This document shows, piece by piece, positions 55,632 to 64,000 of a DNA stretch of 64,000 bases; the stretch's first letter is position 1; each line of letters starts with the position of its first letter. The stretch is from contig JAEEIU010000043.1 in NCBI GenBank assembly GCA_016281495.1, forward strand, positions 21,504 to 85,503, written 5' to 3'. Under the pieces are notes generated by a model, which was not told the origin of the DNA, did no database searches, and saw only the letters and a list, made by a program, of their open reading frames with translations. The stretch is from Treponema sp. (GTDB lineage Bacteria; Spirochaetota; Spirochaetia; Treponematales; Treponemataceae). Made by a program: the position numbers and the translations under genes.

Positions 55632-55897
55632 GGTGACCTCCTATAAAAATCGCAGGGATAAATTCCGTAACGTTCCAGAACTCATCGTCTGATGAAAAAT
55701 ATATCAGAGCATTTTGAAAAAAGAAATATCAATAACAAAAACTTAAATCTTATAACAATTATTTTATCTTAATCGAATTATTTAGAAGATAACAGAAAAT
55801 TTATAGCATATTTTTTTCTAATGGTTTATAATACCCTCAAAAACAGAGTCTATGAACGGGACGAAATACGTCTTGCCCATATATATGGAGAAATAAA

Positions 55898-56833
55898 ATG
55901 ATTGAACTCGAACATGTATCAAGAAAATTCGGGACATTCCGTGCAGTGGATGACATCAGTTTTTCTATTCAAACAGGGGAAATCGTCGGACTTCTGGGAC
56001 CAAACGGTGCCGGAAAAACCACAACGATGAGAATGATCAGCGGTTTTCTGGAACCTTCAGAAGGTTTGATCCGCATTGACGGCATGGATGTGACAGAGTA
56101 TCAGGTAGAGACAAAAAAGAAAATCGGTTACATGCCTGAATCAGCTCCACTTTACGGAGAAATGCTTGTAGCCGACTACCTTGAGTATGTTGCAAAAATG
56201 CAGGGACAGGACCCGGCCGTTAAGCTTCCATTGTTATGCGAGACATGCGGCCTAAAGGAAGTAATGCACAAGAACATATCTGAACTTTCAAGGGGAAACA
56301 GGCAGCGTGTAGGACTTGCACATGCCCTTATGAGTGATCCGGAAATCCTTATCCTTGACGAACCCACAGGAGGCCTTGACCCCAACCAGGTAAGTGAAGT
56401 GCGCGCCCTGATAAAGAAAATCGGCGAGACAAAAACGGTCATAATTTCAACACACATTCTGAGTGAAGTTGAAATGCTCTGTAACCGTGTAATCATCATT
56501 TCAGATGGAAGAAAGGTTGCAGACTCTTCCACCCAAAGCCTCATGGACAGCTACGGTCATTCAATCCGCATAAAGATGGAAGTCTCCGGATGCTCTGTGG
56601 ATGAACTCAAAAATGCGGTGCTTAAGCTTGACGGCGTGGCATCATGTAATATCGGTGTTGCAGAAGATAACATTCATTCAGTGAACATAGGGGTCAACAA
56701 GAATGCAGACATTCGTCCTAACCTTGCATCCCTTGTTGTTTCCTCAGGATGGAAGCTTTACGGTCTTGAAATGCAAAAAGACAGTCTTGAGGATGTGTTC
56801 AGGAATCTTACTGCTGGAGGTGAAGAAAAATGA
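55898..56833 (+). CDS. ABC transporter ATP-binding protein (GldA-like, ABC-2 type)
   Basis: Walker A GPNGAGKTT, signature LSRGNRQRV, Walker B ILILDEP. Confidence 0.9.
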   Translation: MIELEHVSRKFGTFRAVDDISFSIQTGEIVGLLGPNGAGKTTTMRMISGFLEPSEGLIRIDGMDVTEYQVETKKKIGYMPESAPLYGEMLVADYLEYVAKMQGQDPAVKLPLLCETCGLKEVMHKNISELSRGNRQRVGLAHALMSDPEILILDEPTGGLDPNQVSEVRALIKKIGETKTVIISTHILSEVEMLCNRVIIISDGRKVADSSTQSLMDSYGHSIRIKMEVSGCSVDELKNAVLKLDGVASCNIGVAEDNIHSVNIGVNKNADIRPNLASLVVSSGWKLYGLEMQKDSLEDVFRNLTAGGEEK

Positions 56834-57552
56834 ATAACAACAAAAAAGCCTGGGCAATAATTCTAAAGAGGGAACTTGCCTCCTATTTTACAAGCCCTAT
56901 GGCATATATCGTATGGGCAATCTTCCTTTTGTATACAGGAATCACATTTGTATCAACTTTCTTTTTAATTGAAAGAGCCGAGCTGCGTTCTTTCTTTGAG
57001 ACTTTGCCACGTGTAATGAGTTTCTTTATTCCGGCTATGACAATGCGTATTTTTGCAGAGGAAAAGAAAAGCGGTTCAATAGAAACTTTGATTACCTTAC
57101 CTGTCACAACCCGTGATGTGGTATGCGGCAAATATCTTGCATCATTCATTTCCTGCCTCATACTCCTTTTACCGACAGTCTTCTATGTAATAATGTGCTG
57201 CATGTTTGGAAAGCCTGACATGGGACCCATCATCGGCGGATATCTTGGCTCAATATTCCTGATTGCATCTTTCTGTGCCATCGGATTGTTCTGTTCCGCC
57301 ATCACGAAGAATCAATTGATTGCATTTTTTGTTGGTATTGCAATCTGTCTTGGATTCTCCATGATCAACTATTTCATGCCGCTTGTTCCTGGACCGCTTG
57401 TATCGCTCTTTACGTTCATCTCCGCAACAAGCCATTTTCAGTCAATCTCACGTGGAATAATCGACACACGCGACATCATCTACTTCATTTCACTGACCGC
57501 TCTGTTTTTCATATTGACCCTGCAGTCCGTAAACAATTCAAGGAGGGGATAA
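56830..57552 (+). CDS. ABC-2 type permease (GldF-like)
   Basis: 240 aa with 6 TM. The start overlaps the ATPase stop (ATGA). Confidence 0.8.
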   Translation: MNNNKKAWAIILKRELASYFTSPMAYIVWAIFLLYTGITFVSTFFLIERAELRSFFETLPRVMSFFIPAMTMRIFAEEKKSGSIETLITLPVTTRDVVCGKYLASFISCLILLLPTVFYVIMCCMFGKPDMGPIIGGYLGSIFLIASFCAIGLFCSAITKNQLIAFFVGIAICLGFSMINYFMPLVPGPLVSLFTFISATSHFQSISRGIIDTRDIIYFISLTALFFILTLQSVNNSRRG

Positions 57553-57555
57553 AAA

Positions 57556-59655
57556 ATGGAACAGAAAAACAAAAGTCAAAACAAGTTTACCACATGGCTC
57601 AACAACCGCTCTGGAATCGTGCTGCTGTTTGCAATCGTCCTTGTTCTGGCAAACCTTGTATCAAGCCGTGCATTCAAACGCTATGACATCACGTCTCCAA
57701 AATCATACTCACTTTCAGATTCCAGCCGCGAGCTTGTAAAGACACTTGATGAACCGGTTTTCATTCAGGTATTCTTTAACGACAAGCTTCCATCACAATA
57801 TTCAAATGTAAGGCAATATGTTTCCGACATCCTCTCTGAATACCGCACCGCAGGAAATGGAAATTTCAGCTATGAATTCTTTGACATGCAGAAGGATGAA
57901 AATGTAAGGCTTGCCGCAAGCTATGGAATCCAGCAGATTCAAATCAGGGAAATAAAGAACAACGAGGTTGGATTTACAAATGCATTCATGGGAATGGTGA
58001 TTTCATATCAGGACCAGATTGAAGTCATTGACGCCATTACATCTTCCGACGGACTTGAATACAAAATCACCAATGCAATCAGCAAAGTAATTTCTTCAAC
58101 AAATGCCCTTGCAACACTGCATGGTGGAGTAAAAGTAACGCTGTTCAATTCATCAATACTTTCAAAACTCCAGATAAACGGATACCGTGACATAGAAACT
58201 GTCGTAATGGCGGCGGTCAATTCACTAAACAAAAAATACGAGAACACCATTACTTATGAAAAAGTTGATCCTCCCGCAGAGGACGTGCTTAGCTTGCAGG
58301 AACAGTATGGAGTTCCAGTTTTCCCGCTTCAGGAAAATGGTGGCCCTGTAGAGAACGCTACTATGGCAGTTGTTATGGAAGGCGGAAACCAAAGCAAGTG
58401 CATCGATTTGCAGATCGGCCAGACAATCAACCTTACGGCCGGCCAACTTGAATACACCATGATCGGACTTGACACCCTTGAAGATGACATGGAGAAAAAC
58501 CTTCTTTCACTTGCATCAAACGTTTCTTCAATTGCATACAGTGTAGGACACGAGGAACTTGACACCTTCAGCTCGGAAGACGGTGCCGCTTTATTTGGAC
58601 AGCTGATTCAGGATTCATACAATTTTGTTACGGTGGAACTTGCAGAAGACGACCTTCCATTGGACATAAAATCACTTGTCATTAACGGACCTCATGGACA
58701 CTTTACCGACGAAGAGCTTTACAAAATCGACCAGTTTCTGATGAGGGGTGGAAACATTATTCTCCTCTTGGATCCATTCATTCAACAGCAAAGTCAGGAC
58801 ATGTACTCCATGCCGGAATACGTTCCGATTGACACAGGCCTACAAAAGCTTCTTGACAAATATGGCATCAAGGTCAACAACGATTATGTAATGGATTTGA
58901 AATGCGCTTCATCACAGGATCAGTGGACTGGAAGACAAACTGACATCTATTTTGCACCAATGCTTGAATCAGGCTCACTTAACCAAAAGCATCCGATTAC
59001 AAAAAATCTGGGCTATGTCCTTACCTACATGGCAGCTTCTATCGACGTAAGCGGAACGGCAGACAAAAAGGATCAGACTACAACCATTCTGGCATCTTCT
59101 TCCGACAAGGCATGGACAGTAAGCGATAACATTATCCTCTATCCTGATTACATCACGCCTCCCGACGAAAGCGAGATGTCCAAGAAAAACATTGCAGTTC
59201 TTGTTGAGGGAAAATTTGATTCTGCATTCTCAGCAAAGCCGGTATCAGAAGAAAGTGACAGGGCATTTGACCAGTCATCCCACCTGAGCCACAGTACTCA
59301 AAACGGAAAAGTTCTCGTCATCTCAACATCAACAATTACAAGCAGCTTCCTGCAGCAGGAGGCATTCCAGAACACATCTATTTTCCTGAGGAATGCAATT
59401 GACTACATGAACGGAAACGAAGATGTATGTACTATGAGGACAAAGGGCCTTAGCCTTAACACGCTCACGAAAAACAAGGGAAAACTTGTAAACTTTGTAA
59501 AATACTTTAACCAGTTCGGACTTGCCGCAATTGTCGCAATCATCTTTGGAATCGTATTCCTTGTCCGCCAGAAGCACAGAAACAAAATCCGCATGGAATA
59601 TGACAGTGACGACAGCCGTGAGGAAACAAAGAACAAGAAGGAGGCTAAAAAATGA
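57556..59655 (+). CDS. GldG-like ABC-transporter auxiliary protein
   Basis: 699 aa with N- and C-terminal TM anchors flanking a large extracytoplasmic domain. Its position after the ABC-2 permease matches gldA-gldF-gldG operons. Confidence 0.7.
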   Translation: MEQKNKSQNKFTTWLNNRSGIVLLFAIVLVLANLVSSRAFKRYDITSPKSYSLSDSSRELVKTLDEPVFIQVFFNDKLPSQYSNVRQYVSDILSEYRTAGNGNFSYEFFDMQKDENVRLAASYGIQQIQIREIKNNEVGFTNAFMGMVISYQDQIEVIDAITSSDGLEYKITNAISKVISSTNALATLHGGVKVTLFNSSILSKLQINGYRDIETVVMAAVNSLNKKYENTITYEKVDPPAEDVLSLQEQYGVPVFPLQENGGPVENATMAVVMEGGNQSKCIDLQIGQTINLTAGQLEYTMIGLDTLEDDMEKNLLSLASNVSSIAYSVGHEELDTFSSEDGAALFGQLIQDSYNFVTVELAEDDLPLDIKSLVINGPHGHFTDEELYKIDQFLMRGGNIILLLDPFIQQQSQDMYSMPEYVPIDTGLQKLLDKYGIKVNNDYVMDLKCASSQDQWTGRQTDIYFAPMLESGSLNQKHPITKNLGYVLTYMAASIDVSGTADKKDQTTTILASSSDKAWTVSDNIILYPDYITPPDESEMSKKNIAVLVEGKFDSAFSAKPVSEESDRAFDQSSHLSHSTQNGKVLVISTSTITSSFLQQEAFQNTSIFLRNAIDYMNGNEDVCTMRTKGLSLNTLTKNKGKLVNFVKYFNQFGLAAIVAIIFGIVFLVRQKHRNKIRMEYDSDDSREETKNKKEAKK

Positions 59656-60659
59656 GCAGGCATGCAGTTCAGAAAATAATTTTACTTTCTTTGGCAGCAG
59701 TATTATTGTGCGTTTACATACTTCAGATTTCCATCGGGGGAAAGAGCAAGACTCAGACTCTGACAACAAAGGAAGACATTACATCTCTGGAAATATGTTC
59801 AGGAAGCGACCAGGCCAACACACTCATCCTAAGCAAGAACGGAGAAAAATACACAGTCTCCAATGCAAACGGTAGCGAGACATACGATGCAGATGCCACT
59901 ACGGCCAGTTCATTGTTTGACAACATCAGGGAGATTCACATCCTTGGGAATGCGGCCAAACAAAGTTCTGCAAATGAAGAACGTTTTGGGCTTGATCAAA
60001 ACTCACGCATTGCAGTCAAGGTTAAGGCTGGGGATGAAGTCATACGCACAGTCAACATCGGAAAAAATTCCAGTTCAGGAAGTCAAAGCTACCTGACGCT
60101 TGATGATTCAAATCAGATCATGATAAGTTCTGCCTCAATGCACACAATTTATGCAGTGACCATGGACAGCCTCAGATCAAAAGAAGTTTACACTGTTTCA
60201 GGGGATGCCATAACGCAGATTAGCGTAAACACAGAAGAAGGCAGCTTTACGGTTAACAAGACACAACAGGCAGCGGCGGCAACAGGCACTGACGAAAACG
60301 GACAGGAAATCAGCATACCTACAAGCCAATGGACTTTGACCAGTTCAAGCAATACAGAAATTTCAGCTGAACTTGATCAGGAAAAGACAAGCGAATGGGC
60401 TTCCTACATTTCCAGCCTGAATGCAGCATCATGGGCCGATGAAAAAACATTCAGCCAGAACACATCAGAAAGAGGCTCTTTGACCTTTGCATCCAACGGG
60501 ATAACTTATAAAATTCAGTTCTATGAAATTGAAGGTGACGAAAACCAGATGCTTTGCTCATGCAACGTCATTCCATACCGCTTCTACGTTTCAAAATACC
60601 TTGCACAGAAATTCATGAGGACTTTATCTGACATATCATCAGGAGGCGAGAATGATTGA
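59652..60659 (+). CDS. DUF4340-like membrane-anchored protein
   Basis: N-terminal TM followed by a Ser/Thr-rich beta-rich domain. This is the usual fourth gene of gldG-type operons. The start overlaps the upstream stop. Confidence 0.55.
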   Translation: MSRHAVQKIILLSLAAVLLCVYILQISIGGKSKTQTLTTKEDITSLEICSGSDQANTLILSKNGEKYTVSNANGSETYDADATTASSLFDNIREIHILGNAAKQSSANEERFGLDQNSRIAVKVKAGDEVIRTVNIGKNSSSGSQSYLTLDDSNQIMISSASMHTIYAVTMDSLRSKEVYTVSGDAITQISVNTEEGSFTVNKTQQAAAATGTDENGQEISIPTSQWTLTSSSNTEISAELDQEKTSEWASYISSLNAASWADEKTFSQNTSERGSLTFASNGITYKIQFYEIEGDENQMLCSCNVIPYRFYVSKYLAQKFMRTLSDISSGGEND

Positions 60660-61473
60660 TATTGACGAACAGAAAAAGATTGCCGTCTTGATTGATGCGG
60701 ACAATACTCCGGGAAAAAAGCTGCGGCCGATACTTCAGGAAATTGCGGTTCACGGACATATCATCACAAAGAGGGCCTACGGTGACTTTTCTCTGGACAC
60801 GCTCAAGAACTGGAAGAAGGAGTTGAACGACAATGCAATAATTCCAGTACAGCAGTTTGCATACACACAGGGAAAAAATTCAAGCGACTCTGCAATGATA
60901 ATCGATGCCATGGATTTGCTTTATACCGACAAGTATGATGCCATTGCGCTTGTAACGAGCGATTCTGACTTTACCAAACTCGCGACAAGGCTCAAGGAAA
61001 GCCAGGTCTTTGTTTTTGGTGTAGGTCAGAAAAAAACTCCGGTGTCTTTTGTAAACGCATGCGACAACTTCATCTATATAGAAAACCTCAAGGAAGAAGA
61101 AGATGAGGAAAAGGAAGACAAGCTTGAAGAGATAAAGCACAAGCCGCATAAGAGTTCCACAAAGGCAAAAACTTCGCCGGGATTCTTCCACCATGCTCCC
61201 GACCAAACCATGACCGACAGGCAGTTCAGGAAGATTTACAAGCTCCTTATGACCGCTTACGACCGGTATGCTGACGACAACGGTTGGGCAGATGTTAGTG
61301 CGGCAGGTTCATTCTTCAAGAGGCAGGACCCGGGCTTTGACACTGTGGACTACGGATTTAAAAAGCTTTCCGACCTGATTGAATATCTTGACGATGATTT
61401 TGAAATTCAACGTGTCCCTTCAACCAACGGAAGACGCGGTGCAACACTCTATTACAAGCCGGTGGCAAAATGA
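60652..61473 (+). CDS. NYN (LabA-like) ribonuclease-fold protein with C-terminal OST-HTH/LOTUS domain
   Basis: IAVLIDADN, RAYGDF and ALVTSDSDFTKLATRL (NYN acidic residues), an acidic linker, then a C-terminal FDTVDYGFKKLSDLIEYL OST-HTH-like region. Confidence 0.75.
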   Translation: MIDIDEQKKIAVLIDADNTPGKKLRPILQEIAVHGHIITKRAYGDFSLDTLKNWKKELNDNAIIPVQQFAYTQGKNSSDSAMIIDAMDLLYTDKYDAIALVTSDSDFTKLATRLKESQVFVFGVGQKKTPVSFVNACDNFIYIENLKEEEDEEKEDKLEEIKHKPHKSSTKAKTSPGFFHHAPDQTMTDRQFRKIYKLLMTAYDRYADDNGWADVSAAGSFFKRQDPGFDTVDYGFKKLSDLIEYLDDDFEIQRVPSTNGRRGATLYYKPVAK

Positions 61474-61874
61474 ACAAAACGGCCTCAACAGTGCTGAAAG
61501 TCTTGCGTTGCATTCCTGCAATTTTCATCGGATGCTGCAGCTGGTATCTTTCTTCACAGCCACATGTTCCACTTCCTGATTTTAACATGTCGGATAAAGT
61601 GGTTCATCTGGCATGTTTTGCGGGCTTCTCGTTCTTTACCGCCATGGCTTTTTTCGGACTCAAGCCTTTGGATGGCAGGAAAAGTACTATTGTAAAAAGG
61701 ATACTCCTTCCAGTTCTTGTGATTTCACTTTACGGAATTATTGATGAAATTCACCAGAGTTTTGTTCCGGGAAGAAGCTGTTCTTTTCTGGACTGGTGTG
61801 CGGACACTGTCGGAGCCCTAATCGGAAGCACCCTTTTCTTTTTCCTTGTAATACTCCTGTCACGCAAGAAATGA
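61470..61874 (+). CDS. VanZ-family membrane protein
   Basis: 134 aa with 4 TM and the DEIHQSFVPGR motif. The start overlaps the NYN stop (ATGA). Confidence 0.8.
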   Translation: MNKTASTVLKVLRCIPAIFIGCCSWYLSSQPHVPLPDFNMSDKVVHLACFAGFSFFTAMAFFGLKPLDGRKSTIVKRILLPVLVISLYGIIDEIHQSFVPGRSCSFLDWCADTVGALIGSTLFFFLVILLSRKK

Positions 61875-61919
61875 TTTTTTTTCTTTCCGATTTTGCCTTT
61901 TTTTATTATATTTAAATGT

Positions 61920-62621
61920 ATGAACAATGAACTGATTATAAAAAAGGTAGCGGAAGACAACAGGGAACTCCTTGCAAACCCTCAGGATATATTGAACAGG
62001 GCGATGGAGCTTCAGCAGCTTCTGATGCTTTATGAAAGCGGAATAAAACAGATTACGACAAAGTTTGAGATACTTGAAGACGAATTTGAAAGCCGCCACA
62101 TGCGTAATCCAATAGAAACAATCACAAGCCGTATAAAGGACCCGATGAGCATTGTAGAAAAACTCCAGCGCAAGGGACTTTCTCTGACAATAGACAATAT
62201 GGTGAACAAGCTCTATGACATTGCGGGAATACGCGTTACATGCCCGTTCATAAGCGACGTATACCATGTGACCCAAATGCTCCTTCAGCAGGACGACATA
62301 GACCTGATTGAAATGAAGGATTACATCAAGAATCCAAAGCCCAGCGGATACAGGAGCCTGCATGTCATAGTAAAGGTTGGGGTTTACTTTAGCGACCAGA
62401 AGCGTGAGATACCGGTGGAAATTCAAATCCGTACGATTGCCATGGACTTTTGGGCCAGCCTTGAGCATCAGCTCCACTACAAGAAGGACTACAAGATGCC
62501 GGAAGACATAAGCAAGGAATTAAAGGAAATAGCCGACACAATCACTGAAAATGACAGGCGCATGCAGGAACTTGCAAAAAACATCCCGGGATTCGTTGAT
62601 TACAGCCAGGGAATAGTTTAA
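61920..62621 (+). CDS. Small alarmone synthetase (RelP/RelQ-like GTP pyrophosphokinase)
   Basis: SRIKDPMSIVEKL, DIAGIRV, GYRSLH and EIQIRTIAMDFWASLEH, the RelA/SpoT synthetase core. The ATG at 61920 is preferred over the TTG at 61893. Confidence 0.8.
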   Translation: MNNELIIKKVAEDNRELLANPQDILNRAMELQQLLMLYESGIKQITTKFEILEDEFESRHMRNPIETITSRIKDPMSIVEKLQRKGLSLTIDNMVNKLYDIAGIRVTCPFISDVYHVTQMLLQQDDIDLIEMKDYIKNPKPSGYRSLHVIVKVGVYFSDQKREIPVEIQIRTIAMDFWASLEHQLHYKKDYKMPEDISKELKEIADTITENDRRMQELAKNIPGFVDYSQGIV

Positions 62622-62698
62622 AAACCCCATACTGTTGCAGACAATCGTCAAAAGTGATACTATCTAGGCCAATTCTCAAATTCAATTAGAGGCTAACC

Positions 62699-63895
62699 AT
62701 GGAAACGGTAGATATTGTCAGGCAGCTTGCCATCATCATAATTTTTGCCAAGGTATTCGGACTTGTGGCACGCAAGCTCAAGGCTCCTCAGGTTGCAGGT
62801 GAAATCGTTGCGGGTCTTTTGATTGGTCCAAGCGTCCTGGGTTGGGTTCAGGCATCTGACTTTATGGCCGGCATGGCGGAAATTGGCGTAATAATGCTCA
62901 TGTTCAACGCTGGCCTTAACACGAACATTCAGGACCTCAAGAAGTCGGGTCTAAAGGCTACCCTCATCGCATGTGCGGGTGTTGCAATTCCTATGGCGGC
63001 GGGTGTGGTCCTCTTCATGAGCTTCTACGGCTTTGACAGGGTCGGTTCACCACAGTTTTACAAGGCCCTTTTCATCGGTACAATCCTTACTGCCACATCG
63101 GTAAGCATAACGGTTCAAACCCTCAAGGAATTGGGAAAGCTTTCTACATTTATCGGAACAACCATAGTAAGTGCCGCAATCATCGACGACGTAATCGGCA
63201 TCATAGTCCTGACTTTTGTAATCGGCTTGAACCCCAGCAACGCATCAGCAAACTCTGGTAGCGGAATCGCTCAAATCATAATAAAGACGGTTCTCTTCTT
63301 TGCCCTGGCAGTCATTTTGGGCTACATCTTCTACAAGGTATTCAAGCACTACGAAAAAAAACATTCGCACGAAAGGCGCATACCAATCGTGGGACTCGCA
63401 CTTGCCTTTTCAATGGCATACGTGGCCCAGCACTTTTTTGGTGTCGCTGACATCACGGGAGCCTACATCGCAGGCGTAATTCTCTGTTCCACCAAAGACT
63501 CCCCCTACATCGCAAGAAAGATGGACGTGAATTCCTACATGCTTTTCGGACCTGTCTTCTTCTGCTCAATCGGACTCCAGACAAACATCAAGACAATGGA
63601 CATGTCAATCATGCTCTTTGCGGTGGCATTTGTGATTGTGGGAATGGCTTCAAAAATCATCGGCTGTGGCTCAGTCTCAAAGCTTGCAGGCTTCAGCTGG
63701 AAGGACAGCTTTAAAATCGGCATAGGCATGATGACACGTGGAGAAGTCGCCCTTATCGTAACCCAAAGGGGACTTGCGGCGGGAATACTTGACACATCCT
63801 TTTTTACGGCGGTCATCCTCCTCATCATCGTTTCGTCAATCGTTACGCCGATAGCATTAAAGGCACTGTACAAAAAGGATGTTGTCGATGGATAA
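62699..63895 (+). CDS. Cation:proton antiporter (CPA2, NapA/KefB-like membrane domain)
   Basis: 398 aa, about 12 TM, N-terminal LKAPQVAGEIVAGLLIGPSVLG typical of Na_H_exchanger family proteins. Confidence 0.8.
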   Translation: METVDIVRQLAIIIIFAKVFGLVARKLKAPQVAGEIVAGLLIGPSVLGWVQASDFMAGMAEIGVIMLMFNAGLNTNIQDLKKSGLKATLIACAGVAIPMAAGVVLFMSFYGFDRVGSPQFYKALFIGTILTATSVSITVQTLKELGKLSTFIGTTIVSAAIIDDVIGIIVLTFVIGLNPSNASANSGSGIAQIIIKTVLFFALAVILGYIFYKVFKHYEKKHSHERRIPIVGLALAFSMAYVAQHFFGVADITGAYIAGVILCSTKDSPYIARKMDVNSYMLFGPVFFCSIGLQTNIKTMDMSIMLFAVAFVIVGMASKIIGCGSVSKLAGFSWKDSFKIGIGMMTRGEVALIVTQRGLAAGILDTSFFTAVILLIIVSSIVTPIALKALYKKDVVDG

Positions 63896-63902
63896 GGAAA
63901 CG

Positions 63903-64000
63903 ATGAAAATAGTTGTGGTGTCACTTGTTCTGCTGGTCTTTGTCTTGGCACTGGCCTTTATTGTTTCACGTCTTGTCAAAAAGGCTGTTGAAAAACGAAG
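63903..64000 (+). CDS. Start of a membrane-anchored protein (truncated by window end)
   Basis: ATG at 63903, followed by the hydrophobic MKIVVVSLVLLVFVLALAFIVS. Only 32 codons are visible. Confidence 0.3.
   Translation, partial: MKIVVVSLVLLVFVLALAFIVSRLVKKAVEKR

Noticed and set aside
61920-62621. Toxic small alarmone synthetase (toxSAS) toxin-antitoxin module
   Set aside because: The sequence looks like ordinary RelP/RelQ housekeeping SAS enzymes, with a full synthetase core and C-terminal helix. No small adjacent antitoxin ORF is present, and the flanking genes are VanZ and an antiporter.

Overview
64-kb chromosomal window, moderately AT-rich. The gene content suggests a Treponema-like spirochaete, but this is inference only and taxonomy cannot be verified here. 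I call about 50 protein genes, one tRNA-Asn(GTT), and several sigma70-type promoters and intrinsic terminators. Most content is housekeeping or envelope: MATE exporter, transaldolase, hprK-ptsH-lexA-like-holA operon, radC, csoR-copA, an HD-GYP operon, FGGY kinase plus araD, a COG0523 His-rich GTPase, a giant FlgD-Ig/OmpA protein, three tandem solute-binding paralogs, pepF, mnmG, a GH10 xylanase, purM, ispH, yajC-secD-secF, a GGDEF protein, a gldA/F/G-like ABC operon, a small alarmone synthetase and a CPA2 antiporter. I saw no rRNA, CRISPR array, prophage, intact IS or recognisable defence island, so I cannot name a clear new protein system. The signal least explained by ordinary annotation is intergenic. 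(1) Tandem AATTCNT heptamer arrays sit at gene ends, five arrays in the first 21.5 kb. (2) A modular family of short hairpin repeats has conserved flanks and loops but covarying stems, spread over at least nine intergenic regions. (3) An 18-nt copy of the tRNA-Asn 3-prime end closes a GC-rich island of about 135 nt that has its own terminator. Protein and regulatory oddities: a LexA homolog lacking the Ala-Gly cleavage site and the catalytic Lys; a CopZ-like domain at the CopA C-terminus with its own internal SD-ATG; at least five genes whose ATG lies 6 nt after a -10 hexamer (apparently leaderless); an Rpn/PDDEXK_2 gene bracketed by 100-bp direct repeats; and an NYN/OST-HTH gene translationally coupled into an envelope ABC operon. 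All coordinates come from manual reading and the ORF track. Functional calls rest on remembered family motifs, not on database searches.
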